Of a DNA stretch of 64,000 nt, positions 15,250-27,715 are shown piece by piece. The position numbers were made by a program, and so were the translations under genes. Where the stretch lies: the NCBI RefSeq assembly GCF_009914755.1, contig NC_060927.1; one strand, written 5' to 3'. The notes under the pieces were generated by a model. The model was not told the DNA's origin, made no database searches, and was given only the letters and a program-made list of their open reading frames with translations. Each line of letters opens with the position of its first letter. The stretch's first letter is position 1. The DNA is from the human T2T-CHM13v2.0 reference genome, Homo sapiens.

Positions 15250-15807
15250 TAAGATGACATTCTAAAGTGTTGGGAATTAAGACTTCAACATCTGAATTGT
15301 AGGGGGACACAATTCAACCCGTAATGGTGTGTTTGAGGACTGGCAAGAAGGCCAGAGACATAAGAGTAGTGTGGATGAGCCTTCTCCTTTGGTGACTTTA
15401 TGCTTACTTAACCAATTATATTTTCAACTACAAGTACCATAAAATTCATCTCGAATTTCAGCAATAAGACAACTAATTAGCTTGTATATCTAGAAGTACA
15501 GAGTTAGAATTCATTTCTATTTAATTTCCTCAAGACCTTCAGTGCTAATTTTTCCTTTGTATATCAGCTTTATCCCTAGGCTGATATAACAGATTATGAT
15601 GGCTTTAACAGAAAGATGGGCCTTACATCCAACTATAACAATACGTAGGAGAGAGTGAAGCAATTCTTGAAAGCCACACTGAATAATGCAGAAAAATTAT
15701 CTCCTCCAATCTCAATGGTCCCAAATGAGCCTCATGGCCATTTCTGAATCAATCATTGGCAAGAGAGATGTGATGCCATAACTATGCCCATCCGGGTCAC
15801 ATTTGGT

Positions 15808-16453
15808 AGTTTACTTTAAAAGTAAACAGACTTCCAAGTTAACCCACCTTGGGTTAACCCATCTTGTGATTCATGGTGACATCCTGTCCCTGAGTAAAGA
15901 ATCTTACGAGCTTTCAGATTGTTGAAGTACTGATTAATGCATAACCTACTGACACTGAAAAGGAAGCTAATCTATTTCTGAATCATAAAGTTTGACTGAT
16001 TGTCTTATACATTGTCTTATATATAAACTGATTGTCTGTATTCTGCAATCCATGTCTAGTAATTGTAACCTCTGCATTGTACCTACCGGTGAAAAAAGAT
16101 AACTCCCATAATGGCTAGGCACGTTGGCTCAGGCCTATAATCCCCGCAGTTTGGAAGGCTGAGTCAGGAAGATCGCTTGGGGTCAGGAGTTCAAGACCAC
16201 CCTGGGCAAAGTCCAGTGTGAGACCCCTATCTTTAACAAAAAAAAAAAAAAATTAAAATTAAAAAAAGACGAATTCCATGAGAGCAGTCTTACTCCCATC
16301 TAAACTTTCCTGTAAAGGCCATCCACCTTGTAACAGACTCTGGAACACTCCTAACTTTATCAACGTGTTTTCCCATGGTCAATCCTCACATTTGGCTTTC
16401 AATAAACCTTTATCAAATTATTTCTGTCTCAACAGCCTTAATTTTAGTCAACA
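15808..16453 (+). mobile_element. LTR47-like solo LTR interrupted by a FLAM
   Basis: 3' end tcctcacatttggctttcaataaacctttatc...gtcaaca, with AATAAA. Confidence 0.6.
16113..16267 (+). mobile_element. FLAM_C (Alu monomer)
   Basis: Single left-arm monomer with poly(A); degenerate TSD aaaagataactcccat / aaaagacgaattccat. Confidence 0.85.
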
Positions 16454-16525
16454 CCTGTAGCCAGCAGTGCCAGGCATCAGGAAGCATAGATAAGGAGTAA
16501 AGACCTAATTAGAAAGGAAGAAAGG

Positions 16526-17719
16526 TGTTAAAGCAAAATAAATCTTGGGACCCCAAAATCACGAAGCTAAAGGGAAAAGTGAAGCTGGGAACTGCTTAGG
16601 GCAAACCTGTCTCCCACTCTATTCAATGTTATCCCTCTGCTCACTGAGATAAATGTATATTTGATTGCCTCCTTTGCAAAGGCGAATCAGAAACTCAAAA
16701 GGATGCAACCTTTGGCTCTCATCTACCTGTGACCTGGAAGCCCCCTACCTGCTTTGAGTTGCCCTGCCTTTCTGGACAGAACCAATGTCTCATGTCTCCC
16801 TAAATGTATAAAACCAAGCTGTGCCCCAACCACTGTTGACAAAAAGAGTCCAGTTCTGTAAAATATTTGAAGAGATTTATTCTGAGCCAAATGTGAGTGA
16901 CCATGGCCCATGACACAGTGCTCAGGAGGGCCTGAGAACATGTGCCCAAGGTGGTCAGGGTGCAGCTTGGTTTTATACATTTTAGAGAGGCATGAGACAT
17001 CAATCAAATACATTTAAGAACTACATTGGTTTGGTTCAGAAAGGCAGAGCAACTCAAAGTGGGGCGGGGGTGGGTGGGGTGGCATGGGGGGCTTCCAGGT
17101 TATAGGTGAATTTAAACATTTTCTGGATGACAATTGGTTGAGTTCTTCTAAAGACCTGGGATAGATAGAAAGGGAATGTTCAGGTTACGATACAGATCAT
17201 GGAGACCAAAGTTCTTTTGAAGTCTTATAGCGGCTGCCCTTAGAGATCACAAATGTTTCCTATTCAGATCTTAGTTAACCTCTTTAGGATTGGAGGGGTC
17301 TGGATCTAGCTATATTAATAGAGATTCTTTACAGATACAAATTTTCCTCCACAAAGAACAGCTTTGCAGGGGCATTTCAAAATATGGCAAAGATACATGT
17401 TTTGGGGTAAAATATTTTGATTTTTCTTTTTTGTCTCGTAATGTTATGCCAGAGTCAGGCTGGAAAGTAAATCACAATATATTAGTGTTAAATAAAACCC
17501 ATCTGATGAGAATTTATGATTTGTAGGGCATGACTCCTCCAACTCCTTAGATAGGAATTTGGACAAGATTAAAAAAAAAAAAATCAGAGTTTAGTCCTCA
17601 CCACCTTGGGCACATGTCTTCAGGACCTCCTAAGACTGTGTCACAGGAATGCATTCTCAACCTTGGCAAAATAAACTTTCTAAATTAACTGGACTTGTCT
17701 CAGATATCTGGAGTTCACG
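16526..17719 (+). mobile_element. MER4A-like solo LTR split by a nested MER4E
   Basis: tgttaaagcaaaataaatcttgggaccccaaaatcac...; flanked by AAAGG on both sides. Confidence 0.85.
16834..17600 (-). mobile_element. MER4E-like solo LTR nested antisense in MER4A
   Basis: Reverse complement begins TGAGGACTAAACTCTGATTTT; 4-bp TSD CCAC (16830-16833 and 17601-17604). Confidence 0.88.
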
Positions 17720-17894
17720 AAAGGAAACCTGATGCTTGACAACCAACCATATCTATTACATCTGCCAGGCAACATTTTGGTATTACAAACACGAGAAACA
17801 GTATCTGGAAGCTCATGCATCTCCCAAAGTTATGACATCCTGTGAGTAGTAACCTGACCCCAAGAATCTTTCATATTTAATGTCTTCTTTACAT

Positions 17895-18535
17895 GATCAG
17901 TTGCATTTTTCCACTTAACAAATGTTTCTTGAGATGTACTATCAAAAAGACCGCATGATGGATACTGGAGATACAAAGATGAATCAGATACAGACCCTGA
18001 ACTTGAAGAATTCACAATCTAGTTTGGGAGGCTTTTTTATACAGAAAATATATTACAGTGAATGGTATCTATGAAAGAAATGTGCACAGTTTAAATGAAA
18101 GCCTAAGAAAAAATGGTCATTGACACAATTCAGGACTTAAGGGAAGTATTCTTAGAGGAGATGACATCATAGTTATGTCTTAAAGGATAACTAAGGGTTG
18201 AGCGGGCAAAGAAGGTGGGAATGGGACTGGAGAAAGGCACTTCAAACTGAGGGAAGAGCAGGAGCTGTTCATTGGTGAATTGAATTAATGAAGAGCAAAT
18301 TCAAGGAAAGTAAGAAGTTCAAGATGAGATAAGAGAAAAACACGGGCAGGACAGAGCTGTGTGTCTTGTATACCAAGTTAAGGGTCTGAGCTTTGCCCTC
18401 AGGTCATGAGGAGCTATTCAGGTATTAGGTAGGGGCAACAATTTAAGACAAACTAATTTAAGATAAATTATTCATCTTAGATGATCAGTTGGTTGGAGAA
18501 AGTGAGTAGTAGGAGAAAAGTGAGTAGTAGGATCC
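17895..18535 (-). mobile_element. L2 fragment (continues at 19127-19330)
   Basis: acttaacaaatgtttcttgag...atacaaagatgaatcagatacag. Confidence 0.65.
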
Positions 18536-18538
18536 TAG

Positions 18539-19126
18539 GTACTTCCCAGAGTGGAGGTTTCTACGTTCTTAACTTCTTCCCCTAGGTCCTGCGAAATTAA
18601 ACTGACAAAAGGCAGATTAAAAGGAGAAAGGACTTTCAAATTTTATTTAAAATTTATGTACATGGCAATAGACAAAACCCAGAAAGATAATTAATCCTGG
18701 GGGCTTCCCTAGCATTTTAACCAAGTACAATAAATTGTAGAGAAGTGACTAAAAAAAGGAAAGTGAGAAGCGTAAGCTCCAAGGGCTGGTAGATTGTGGG
18801 AAACAGGAAATGTATGGTAGATAAGAGTTAGTAAAATTTTTCATGCAGACTCATCTCAGTGTCATCTCATGTGGTAAGAGTCAACTGCTATGATTACCAG
18901 TATTTCTTCCCTTCCTAGTATGGAAAAGAAACATGTTTACCAGTAGAAATTTCTATTACCAATAGAAATTTCTTTTACTAAAGGGAAATTTAAGCCCTGC
19001 TTTTTAGTCAGAAAGAGGGAGGGCAGAGAACTCTTTCTGTGTCTGTGTTTTTCAATTGCATTCAGCTCAAACTAATTCTTATGCTACATTGTTATATTTG
19101 GGGGTGGCATATTGTCATCCCCCTCA
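18539..19126 (-). mobile_element. MER34-family LTR
   Basis: Reverse complement begins TGAGGGGGATGACAATATGCCACCCCCAAATAT; possible CTAG TSD. Confidence 0.7.
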
Positions 19127-19359
19127 CTAGGCTACTGCCAGTGTCCTTGGTAGATAATGCCATCACTAATGAAAGAAGAGAACATGTAAACAGGGAACAA
19201 ATTTATGTGGAAAATGATGGATTTATTTTGGGCCATGTTGGCCAAATATGCCTGTGGTATCTTCACTAGGGATGGATTGAGAAGAGAAAAATAAGTCTGA
19301 GCTCAAGGGAGAGATCTAAAGTAGAGGCATCAATCAGGAAAAACAAGATTTTTGGTGGG

Positions 19360-19371
19360 GTTTTTGTTTTG

Positions 19372-19402
<31 letters not shown>

Positions 19403-19403
19403 T
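19360..19403. repeat. (GTTTT)n repeat
   Basis: Direct reading. Confidence 0.9.
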
Positions 19404-19619
19404 GGTAGGTAGTGGTTGAAATTATGATATAGTTAAAATCACAAAGGGAGTTTTATTTCCAGTGGCATTAAAAAAAAAAGCAATGAGGCTAATAAATAAA
19501 CAGACAAACAAATTGACCTAGAAATGATTTAAAGGGAGAAAAAATAAAACCATTAAAGAGAAAAAAAAAGAAAGAAAGAAAGCCCAGGAAAACCATAATA
19601 GCAATACAAATAGGCCAAA

Positions 19620-19825
19620 ACGTTAATGCACTATGTGTCTCACACTGTTCTGAACACTTTGCAGATATTAACCCATTTAATACTCACAACTTTGAAGCTG
19701 TACTTGTTGTATTATTATTATCATAATCATCCCCATTTTCTAATGAGGAAACAGAAGCTATACAGGTAGTAGGTAGAAGAGCTAAGATGCAATTCCAGGC
19801 AGTTTTGCCTGACAGTTCATTCTCT
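19620..19825 (-). mobile_element. MIR
   Basis: atccccattttctaatgaggaaacaga core. Confidence 0.7.
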
Positions 19826-19844
19826 TATTTTTTAAATAGCAGCT

Positions 19845-20310
19845 ATTCAGACAGTTAACAAAAAAGGAAATACAAATTTCTAATGAAATTCTCGGTGGTT
19901 TACTCTCACTAGCAATCAAATAAGTGTATGCTGAAATGAAACAGACTTTTTCATTTTAATATTTGGCACAGCTACTGTATAATAATATTGCCTAGAGTTT
20001 GAAAGACTTCAGTGAAACATGAATCATTATACACTATTCTTGGGAAACTATCCTATGTAATAATTCACTTCTGAAAATATATGTAGTCTGGAAATATCTG
20101 AAATATAAAAATGCTTATTGCAATATTATTCAGAATAAAAAATTGGAAACGGTCTAAATCTTCAACAGTGGGTGAATTAATAAGTACATGGAATATAATA
20201 CAATTATTAAAATGTTGAGTATGTAATGCTTTTAGTAACATGGGGAAATATTTCTGAGATAATGATAAGTTAACAAAGCAGATTGTGAAATTATGTATTT
20301 ATTAAGGTTA
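19845..20310 (+). mobile_element. Old L1M 3' fragment
   Basis: ctcactagcaatcaaataag...aaaattggaaacggtctaaatc motifs of the L1 ORF2 end and 3' UTR. Confidence 0.55.
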
Positions 20311-20325
20311 AAAAACAAAAAATAT

Positions 20326-20627
20326 GGCTGGGCCTGGTTGCTCATGCTGGTAATCCTAGCACTTTGAGAGGGCAAAGCAGGCAGATTGCTTGAGGCCAGG
20401 AGTTAGAGACCAGCCTGGGCAAAATGGTGAAACCCCACCTCTAAAAAAGATACAAAAATAAGTAAATAAATTTGGGGTGTGGTGGCGCATGCCTATAGTC
20501 CCAGCTACTTGGGAGGCTGAGGTGGGAGGATCACTTTAGTCCTGGAGGCAGAGGGTGCAGTGAGCCAAGATTGTGCCACAGCACTCCAGCATGGGTGACA
20601 GAGTGAGGCCCTGTCTCAAAAAAAAAA
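20326..20627 (+). mobile_element. AluJ followed by a (TA)/(CA) tract
   Basis: ggtgggaggatcactt J-type right arm; TA/CA repeat at 20630-20700. Confidence 0.92.
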
Positions 20628-22322
20628 TCTATATCTGTATATACATATATATATACACACACACACATATATGTATATGCATATATATATACACACACTA
20701 TAGGGGCTGAGATTAGAGATAATTTTCTAAATCCTTGATCCTATTTTATTGTTATTTATCCATAAATATGGAGATCTTTTTGTTTCCTGTCCAGTGTGAA
20801 GTACTAGAGTACTAGAAAGTATTTGAACTTTTTGAAATTCAAAAACTAGAAATTCAAGAACTAGAAAGTATTTGAACTCTGTAATGGAGCAGGGTGGAGG
20901 AGTCTAAGGAAGAAGATACAGTAGCTCCTTACTGACTTAGGGGCATTCCACTGTGACCTTGGGCGGGTAACAATTGGCTGAGCCCTCGACTGGTTTAATC
21001 ACTAAAATGCAAGCCCAGCACAGATCCTTCATCTATCTGCTACTTTGCTTCACAGATTGGGTACATAGAGATGTCTCAACCTCCTGGGTCTTGGGTCACA
21101 GGCACTGCAGGCTCTGCCACCGGTAGAAGCAGTCCCTATTTTTCTATTTCCATTTCTTATATGATATGTTCTCAGAAATAAGGTAATATATAAATAAATT
21201 AATATTTCAAAAAGGAGGAAACTCAAAGGGATAAAAGGTGTCAGAAAGTCATCTAGTCCCTATGAGTGCCCTTTAGGTTGAAGGTTGTAAAGTTTGAGAG
21301 AACTGAGAATCGTAAATTTTTTTGCCTAGGAATGGGGTTCTCTGCTGATCTAGTCAGGGTTGAACTCATGTGATTTTATTCCACCCTAACCCTAAAACCA
21401 TCTGACCCACTTTATCAGTCATTAATCCATTAACGGATTAATCCACTAATCTATTTCAAGACCCTTTGGAATTCCTCTCCTGTTTAGAGACGGACTTTCC
21501 CCTCTAACATACAGCAGTGGTCACTTCCCAGGTAATTCTCTCGACTAGTCAAATCCCACAACTCTATAACCTCAAGAAACATTCAAATAGTCTCCTAAGG
21601 CCGATCTTCAAAAAAACCACAGCAGGGCTGCCAGGGCTCATCACTGGAAGGCTCACAGGAACAATCCAGCCAATACACATCTTGCACCTCCAGGCACTAA
21701 ATAAATTCCAAGCCTAGCTCATTAGTGCCTTCTAGCCATGCTTGCTTTCATTGGACACTATAAGCCAGGCAGTCTCAAGGCCTCTGGCCAGCCAGAGAAT
21801 CTCTATTCTGGCATTTGAGGGCCACTCATTCTGGGCATGGAGGAAGTAGAGCCAAGGAACTACTGGAATTGGTCAGAGCAAGAACTAGAGTATGCATCCA
21901 GTGTCTAAATCAGCTTAGGCAATCTCACTTGAACTTCCAAGAGAAGGGGATGCCTGGGGAAAGACTCTTGCTATGGTGTAAGGAGGTAGGAGGTCTTTTG
22001 AGGTATGCTCACTCATGGGAGTCATCCAAAGCGGAGGCTGCTCACAGTCACATAACAAAAAGCCCACACGTTTCTGGCTCTCAGAGACTCTGGCTCCTGT
22101 GGAGGGCTTAGACTCTTTGAAGAGAAGCCCCAGACTGGGGATATTTCCACAACTGTGGCAGCTATGCCTTCACCTTAGCATTGAGAGAGTAACGAAACAG
22201 GCCAACACCACCTGCTGTCAACCTCATTGTGGCTTCTGAAGCCAGTGCCTTGGAAGAGCCAGGTCATCCTCCTGTGCAGGGAGGAACCCTTAGTTGCATC
22301 TCATTTTCTTGGTAATCTTCTA

Positions 22323-22668
<346 letters not shown>

Positions 22669-22939
22669 GGGAGGGAAGGAAGGAAGGAAGGAATGAAGGA
22701 AGGAAGGAAGGAAGGAAGGAAGGAAGGAAGGGAGGGAGGGAGGGAGGGAGGGAAAGAGAGAGAGAAAGAGAGAGAGAAAGAAAACAAGAAAGAAGGAAAG
22801 AAGAAAGAGAGAGAAAGAAAGAGAAAAAAGAAAGAAAGGAAGGAAAAAGAAAAGAAAAAGGGAAAGAGAAAGAAAGGAAGGAAGAAAGGAGGGAGGGAGG
22901 AAGGAAAGGAAGGAAGGAAGGAAGGAAAAGAAAGAAGAG
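22669..22939. repeat. (GGAA)n/(GGGA)n/(GAAA)n polypurine tract
   Basis: About 270 bp, almost purely purine on the + strand. Confidence 0.95.
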
Positions 22940-25900
22940 TATAAGCTCCCTTGGTGGAATATAATCTCTCTTGCTTTAATTTCAAATATATAAGGACAGA
23001 GACAAGGAGAGTTTTTTCTGTTTTAGTTGTATATTAAATACATAGAACAGTATCTGACATATAAGAATACACAATAAATATTTATAGAATGAATGATTAA
23101 AATAAACTATTTTTCAAAAAGGAGTTACTTGGAACGATATCAACAGGTAGGTCACACATTTACTTTAAAAATATATACAGACGTAAAAATTTAGTCAAAT
23201 TACAAGAATACATTTCTAGTGAAAAGTGCAGTAACCCTCTGCAATTAATCAAATATCCATCAAAACATGAAGAGGTTAGCTCCTGAGTAAAATAACCAAT
23301 ATGCTTAAGCAAAATTTTTAATATACTCACAAATGGTTGATATAATGGGCAGCTGAATTATAAGAAATTTGCAGACTAGTGTGAGATTAGGTGATTTTAT
23401 TAGGTCTAGCAACTTCTATGATTGTGGAGGGAAAAGTGTGTTTCTTACCCCTGTGGATCTACCCACTCAGCAAGGTTTGGTGAAGCCCTTCAGATGAGTG
23501 TCTTTTCAGTCACCATGCTGTCTCCTCTTAGTTCTCACTGTTTCGCTGCAGGCAAACTTAACATGGGGGCTGCCTCCCCACTATACTTGTCAGAAATACC
23601 TTGTGGCATCATAAACTATCATATGGTAGAACATCTGGTGCTGATTACAGCCTAGAGAAACATACAGATGTGGTGACCAGCAACTCACATGGCAATTGCT
23701 TCAATTATTTAACCACATATGGGTAGAGTGCCTTTTGAGGTTTTCAAAATGCATTACTTGAACACCTATGTGCATATAAAGAGGGTAGCCTCACGCATGC
23801 TGTGATAACCACTGAAGCATATCACTCTTAGTCACAGAGGAAAAGATATTATCATGTGATATACTCATCTGGTTAGTAGTACATGTCAATTACATTGGTG
23901 TTTTGCCTGAAAGTCAGGATGAAATTTTATGCTTGCTGTGGAGTGGCAGACATATTTTCCCTTGGGTTACCACAGGAAAAGTGCCAAGAAGTGCATTTTG
24001 ATTAGTATGCTGTGTTCATTCATGGGCTTGCTTTGCAAGGCTTTTTTTCTTTTAAGTAAACTGGTATGTGGAAAATTTTGCAAAAACCAAGACTTTTTAG
24101 AAAGTTCATTTGCTGATTTCATGAGAGGATAATAGTAAGTGTTAGAATCAATGAAATCACACTTGGATTTTGCATAAGAACATCTTAGGTGAGTATATTT
24201 TTGTGCTGCTGTATTATTATGCTTGTCAATGTTTATCTTCAATGACTGCATTTTCAGTTTAACCTTTAATTTAGGACAAAGATGAGGATGTTAAATCTAA
24301 AGAGATTGACAGAGGAGAAAAGAATTGAAGACAGTTAATGACATACAAACCAATGATTGCAAGGTTATGCAAAACAATGGTAAATCAGTTTGTCAAAAAT
24401 GAACTTTCTTTAGCTCTTTCCAAAATTATAGTGACCCAGTTCCTAAGACATAGGTTGCAACTTGTCCATTCATTCAGCAAACACTTATTAAATGGTCATT
24501 ACATGCAAGATTCTGGACTCAAAGATGAAGAAAATATACTCTCAAAGAGCATGCAATCGTGTGGAAGTAAGGAGCAAACACATTTACCCAAGGAACTTCA
24601 AAAAATCTCAGTTATTTCACAAAAATTTAGCCTTGTGGTTACATGGCTACTTGAAAATTCAGTTAAATAAAACTTACATACTTTAATTCAATTAAAAAGT
24701 TCCAAATATACCTTTATTTACCAATCTTCTGATGGACAACAAAGGCCTTTCCTCTGAGTATAAATTTTGTGATCACACTAACATTTTCTTTAAAAGACTT
24801 TCAAGATTAAAACTTGAAAATACTTAAAAAAAAATCAGTACAGAATCATTTTAGATGTTTCATCACCATAGTTTTCTCCACAAAATAATATTATTGTTAA
24901 TATACTTTATTACAAAGCAAAATCTTTAGCAGTTCATCTTCATGAAAGCTTTTCAGGTCATTCTAAATAGTTTTCATTTAAAAAAAGTGTTTTGATATAT
25001 ATTTCCCTTCATATAATGTTTCATTACATATTATAATTATCATAAAAGCACAACAGACATATATAGGTTTGGAAACATACCAACAACTCACACACTCAAT
25101 TAGTAGAAGCAACAATACAGGTGAATTCTTGGACGTAGCCTATTAGAATGCAGAGACATTGGCTAACATGTTTTATGGAGGGAATAAAGAGCATTGAGCC
25201 AGACTGCAAATTTGCTAGAATATTCCCCTATAAAATTAAGCACAAGATAGAGTAGAATAAGGTTTTTTTTGGAATAATTTTTACATTGTTAGAAGCTAGG
25301 GATAACTTCAAAATATCTCCAGTCTTTCTAGAAAGGCTCTGGAATCAAAATCAATACTGAAACAAAAGTGTATCAAGCCATAATGCTAATGGATTTGTCA
25401 AATAGCTACAACATATAATGTTGTAACTTCAACATTTTCAGAGATAGTGCCCATCTAAAAGAAGCACATACATAAATTAGAAGGTAATTTCACACTGCTA
25501 GAATGATTTTTTTAAGAAAATGAAATATATCTATTATGGCACTTAAGTTGTGTAATTGGAGAATATTATAATCACAAAAAATAAATTTGCGACTAACTGA
25601 ATCATGCAATGTATATTTACTATGACTGTGTTTCCTAAGACTGTGAGTCTTCTTCATTGTTCTGGAAGCTTAAGAATCAGGATTCTGTTTCCTTCCTCTG
25701 CCTGTTTCCAGCATATAGAACAATGCCTTATACATGTTAGACTATCAAATAAAATGTCAGGACGAACATAGTAGAGACCATTATCCTGATGTTAGAGCAA
25801 AGTTGTTTCTCAAACATGCAATATGCCATCACCTTATCCTGATTTTAATAAAGGTCACAAGAGACATTATTGGACAGCCACAAACCACTTACTGCCTTGA

Positions 25901-26604
25901 CCAAGTGCCTAGGAAGAAATTAAAGAGTGTGGTTCAACAGTCGAGTTCTGTTTAAGACATCAGTAATGTTCAGTGGTTCTCTGACTGAGGTAGTTTTTTT
26001 TACATTTAAGGAGTCATCTAGGGGAGTCTCACTGATAAGATGCTGTTCTCTATCTTTTAAAACAAATAAGACACAGCTAATTCATCTATAAATTACAATC
26101 TTTTTTTATTCAATATTACAGTGGTATGTTTCTCATTTATTTTCTAAGTTTTCCTCACTTCTGATGACTTCCTTTTAGAAAAAGAAGATATGAGATATTG
26201 ATGAGATGAGATGGTCAATGTGTTTTATTCAAGAATTCTGGTGCTTCCGTGGTGGCTCATGTTGTTCTGGAAGTGGCTGGTCAGTGCTTCATTCAGTTTA
26301 AGCTCTCTTGGGTTGTAGGAAGTAGAATGGAGTCTTGGCATTATTTCATCTTTGAGCAAATAGTTCGGTAGTAGAGAGATTCCAGATACCTTTCCTAGCT
26401 TTGTGTCACAGTGGAATCTGAGGGGAGATCCCTAAATCTACCTTCTCATTTAGGTTATCTGAGTTGGGGCCAATTTGTTTCATCTACTATTTCAGTATTC
26501 TTAACATTTTCATTTTCAACTCAGCTGCCCATGTTCTCTCTATGGACTCACGATGTTAGAGAAACAGACCTGTTTGATGTGAAAGAAGTTTTAATTAATA
26601 TGCC

Positions 26605-27098
26605 TTGTTTTATCACTCAAGGACTGGTCAGGAAAACAAACACCACTCTGCATCTTATATAAAAGGATTACTTTAACATGAGGGATGGTTAACATAACCC
26701 GAAAAGCAACCCAGAAACTAGGAAGAGCAAAAAGTCACTGTAATCTCTAGGGATAGAGGCCAATGGGAAGAAATGTGTTACTAGATCCCCAAAGTGGACT
26801 ATTTGAATGACTGCCAAAGCTCGAATAGGGGGCCTCTTTGCCAGGAGGTAAGAGCTGTTCAACAATACAGAGGCTCAGAGAAGACTTAGTCATTGCAGGG
26901 ACACCAGAGGAAACAGAAAGAAGGAGACAAATATCTTGACTTCTTTCCAACTACCACTTTTCCATAATCAAGACTATCTTGTAAGTCTTGGAGTCCTGGA
27001 AGGGGTAAGGGGCCTCAGAAATGTATTGTAATGTGGTGAAGAAGAGAAAGAAGGGGCAGGTAATGAATTTGAGTATAAATGAACTGATGACTAGCACA
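26605..27098 (-). mobile_element. Ancient ERVL-type LTR (LTR33/LTR41-like)
   Basis: atcactcaaggactggtcaggaaaac...gactagcaca termini; heavily diverged. Confidence 0.4.
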
Positions 27099-27188
27099 CC
27101 TGCATTTTAGCAGTTTCCAAATAAGATGCAGGACCAAAGGGTAGAAAAGGTAATCGGTTGGGTTGCAGGAAGAAAATATGAGACCACC

Positions 27189-27715
27189 TTTTTTATTTTT
27201 ATTTTTTTAAAGAGACAGAGTCTCATCTGGGCATGGTGGCTCATGCCTGTAATCCCAGCACTCTGAGAGGCCGAGGCGGGAGGATCATGAGATCAAGAGA
27301 TGGATAACATCCTGGCCAACATGATGAAACCCCGTCTCTACTAAAAATACAAAAAATTAGCCAGGCATTGTGGTGGGTGCCTGTAATCCCAGCTACTTGG
27401 GAGGCTGAGGCAGGAGAATTGCTTGAACCTGAGAGGCAGAGGTTGTAGTGAGCCGAGATGGCACTACTGTGCTCCAGCTTGGCAACAGGGCTAGACTCTG
27501 TCTCAAAAAGAAAAAAAAGAGAGAGACAGAGTCTTGCTCTTGCTCTGTTGCCCAAGCTGAAGTCTACTGTTGCAATCATGGTGCAGTACAACCTGGAACT
27601 CCTGGGTTCAAGGATTCTCCTGTGAAGCCAGGACTACAGGCATGCACCAGTACGTTTGGCTAATTAAATGTTTATTTTTTTGTTTTTTTTTTTTGTAGAG
27701 ATGGAGTCTTGATAT
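27189..27715 (-). mobile_element. Old AluJ/FRAM right arm split by a younger Alu
   Basis: Poly-T and gagacagagtct, continuing after 27520 to gtagagatggagtcttg. Confidence 0.8.
27225..27518 (+). mobile_element. AluSc-like element nested in the older Alu
   Basis: tcaagagat...catcctggccaacatg diagnostic; TSD aaagagacagagtctc / agagagacagagtctt. Confidence 0.92.

Noticed and set aside
21500-22300. GC-richer stretch with short ORFs
   Set aside because: No recognisable protein similarity, splice structure or CpG enrichment; possibly an ancient LTR-type repeat I cannot name.
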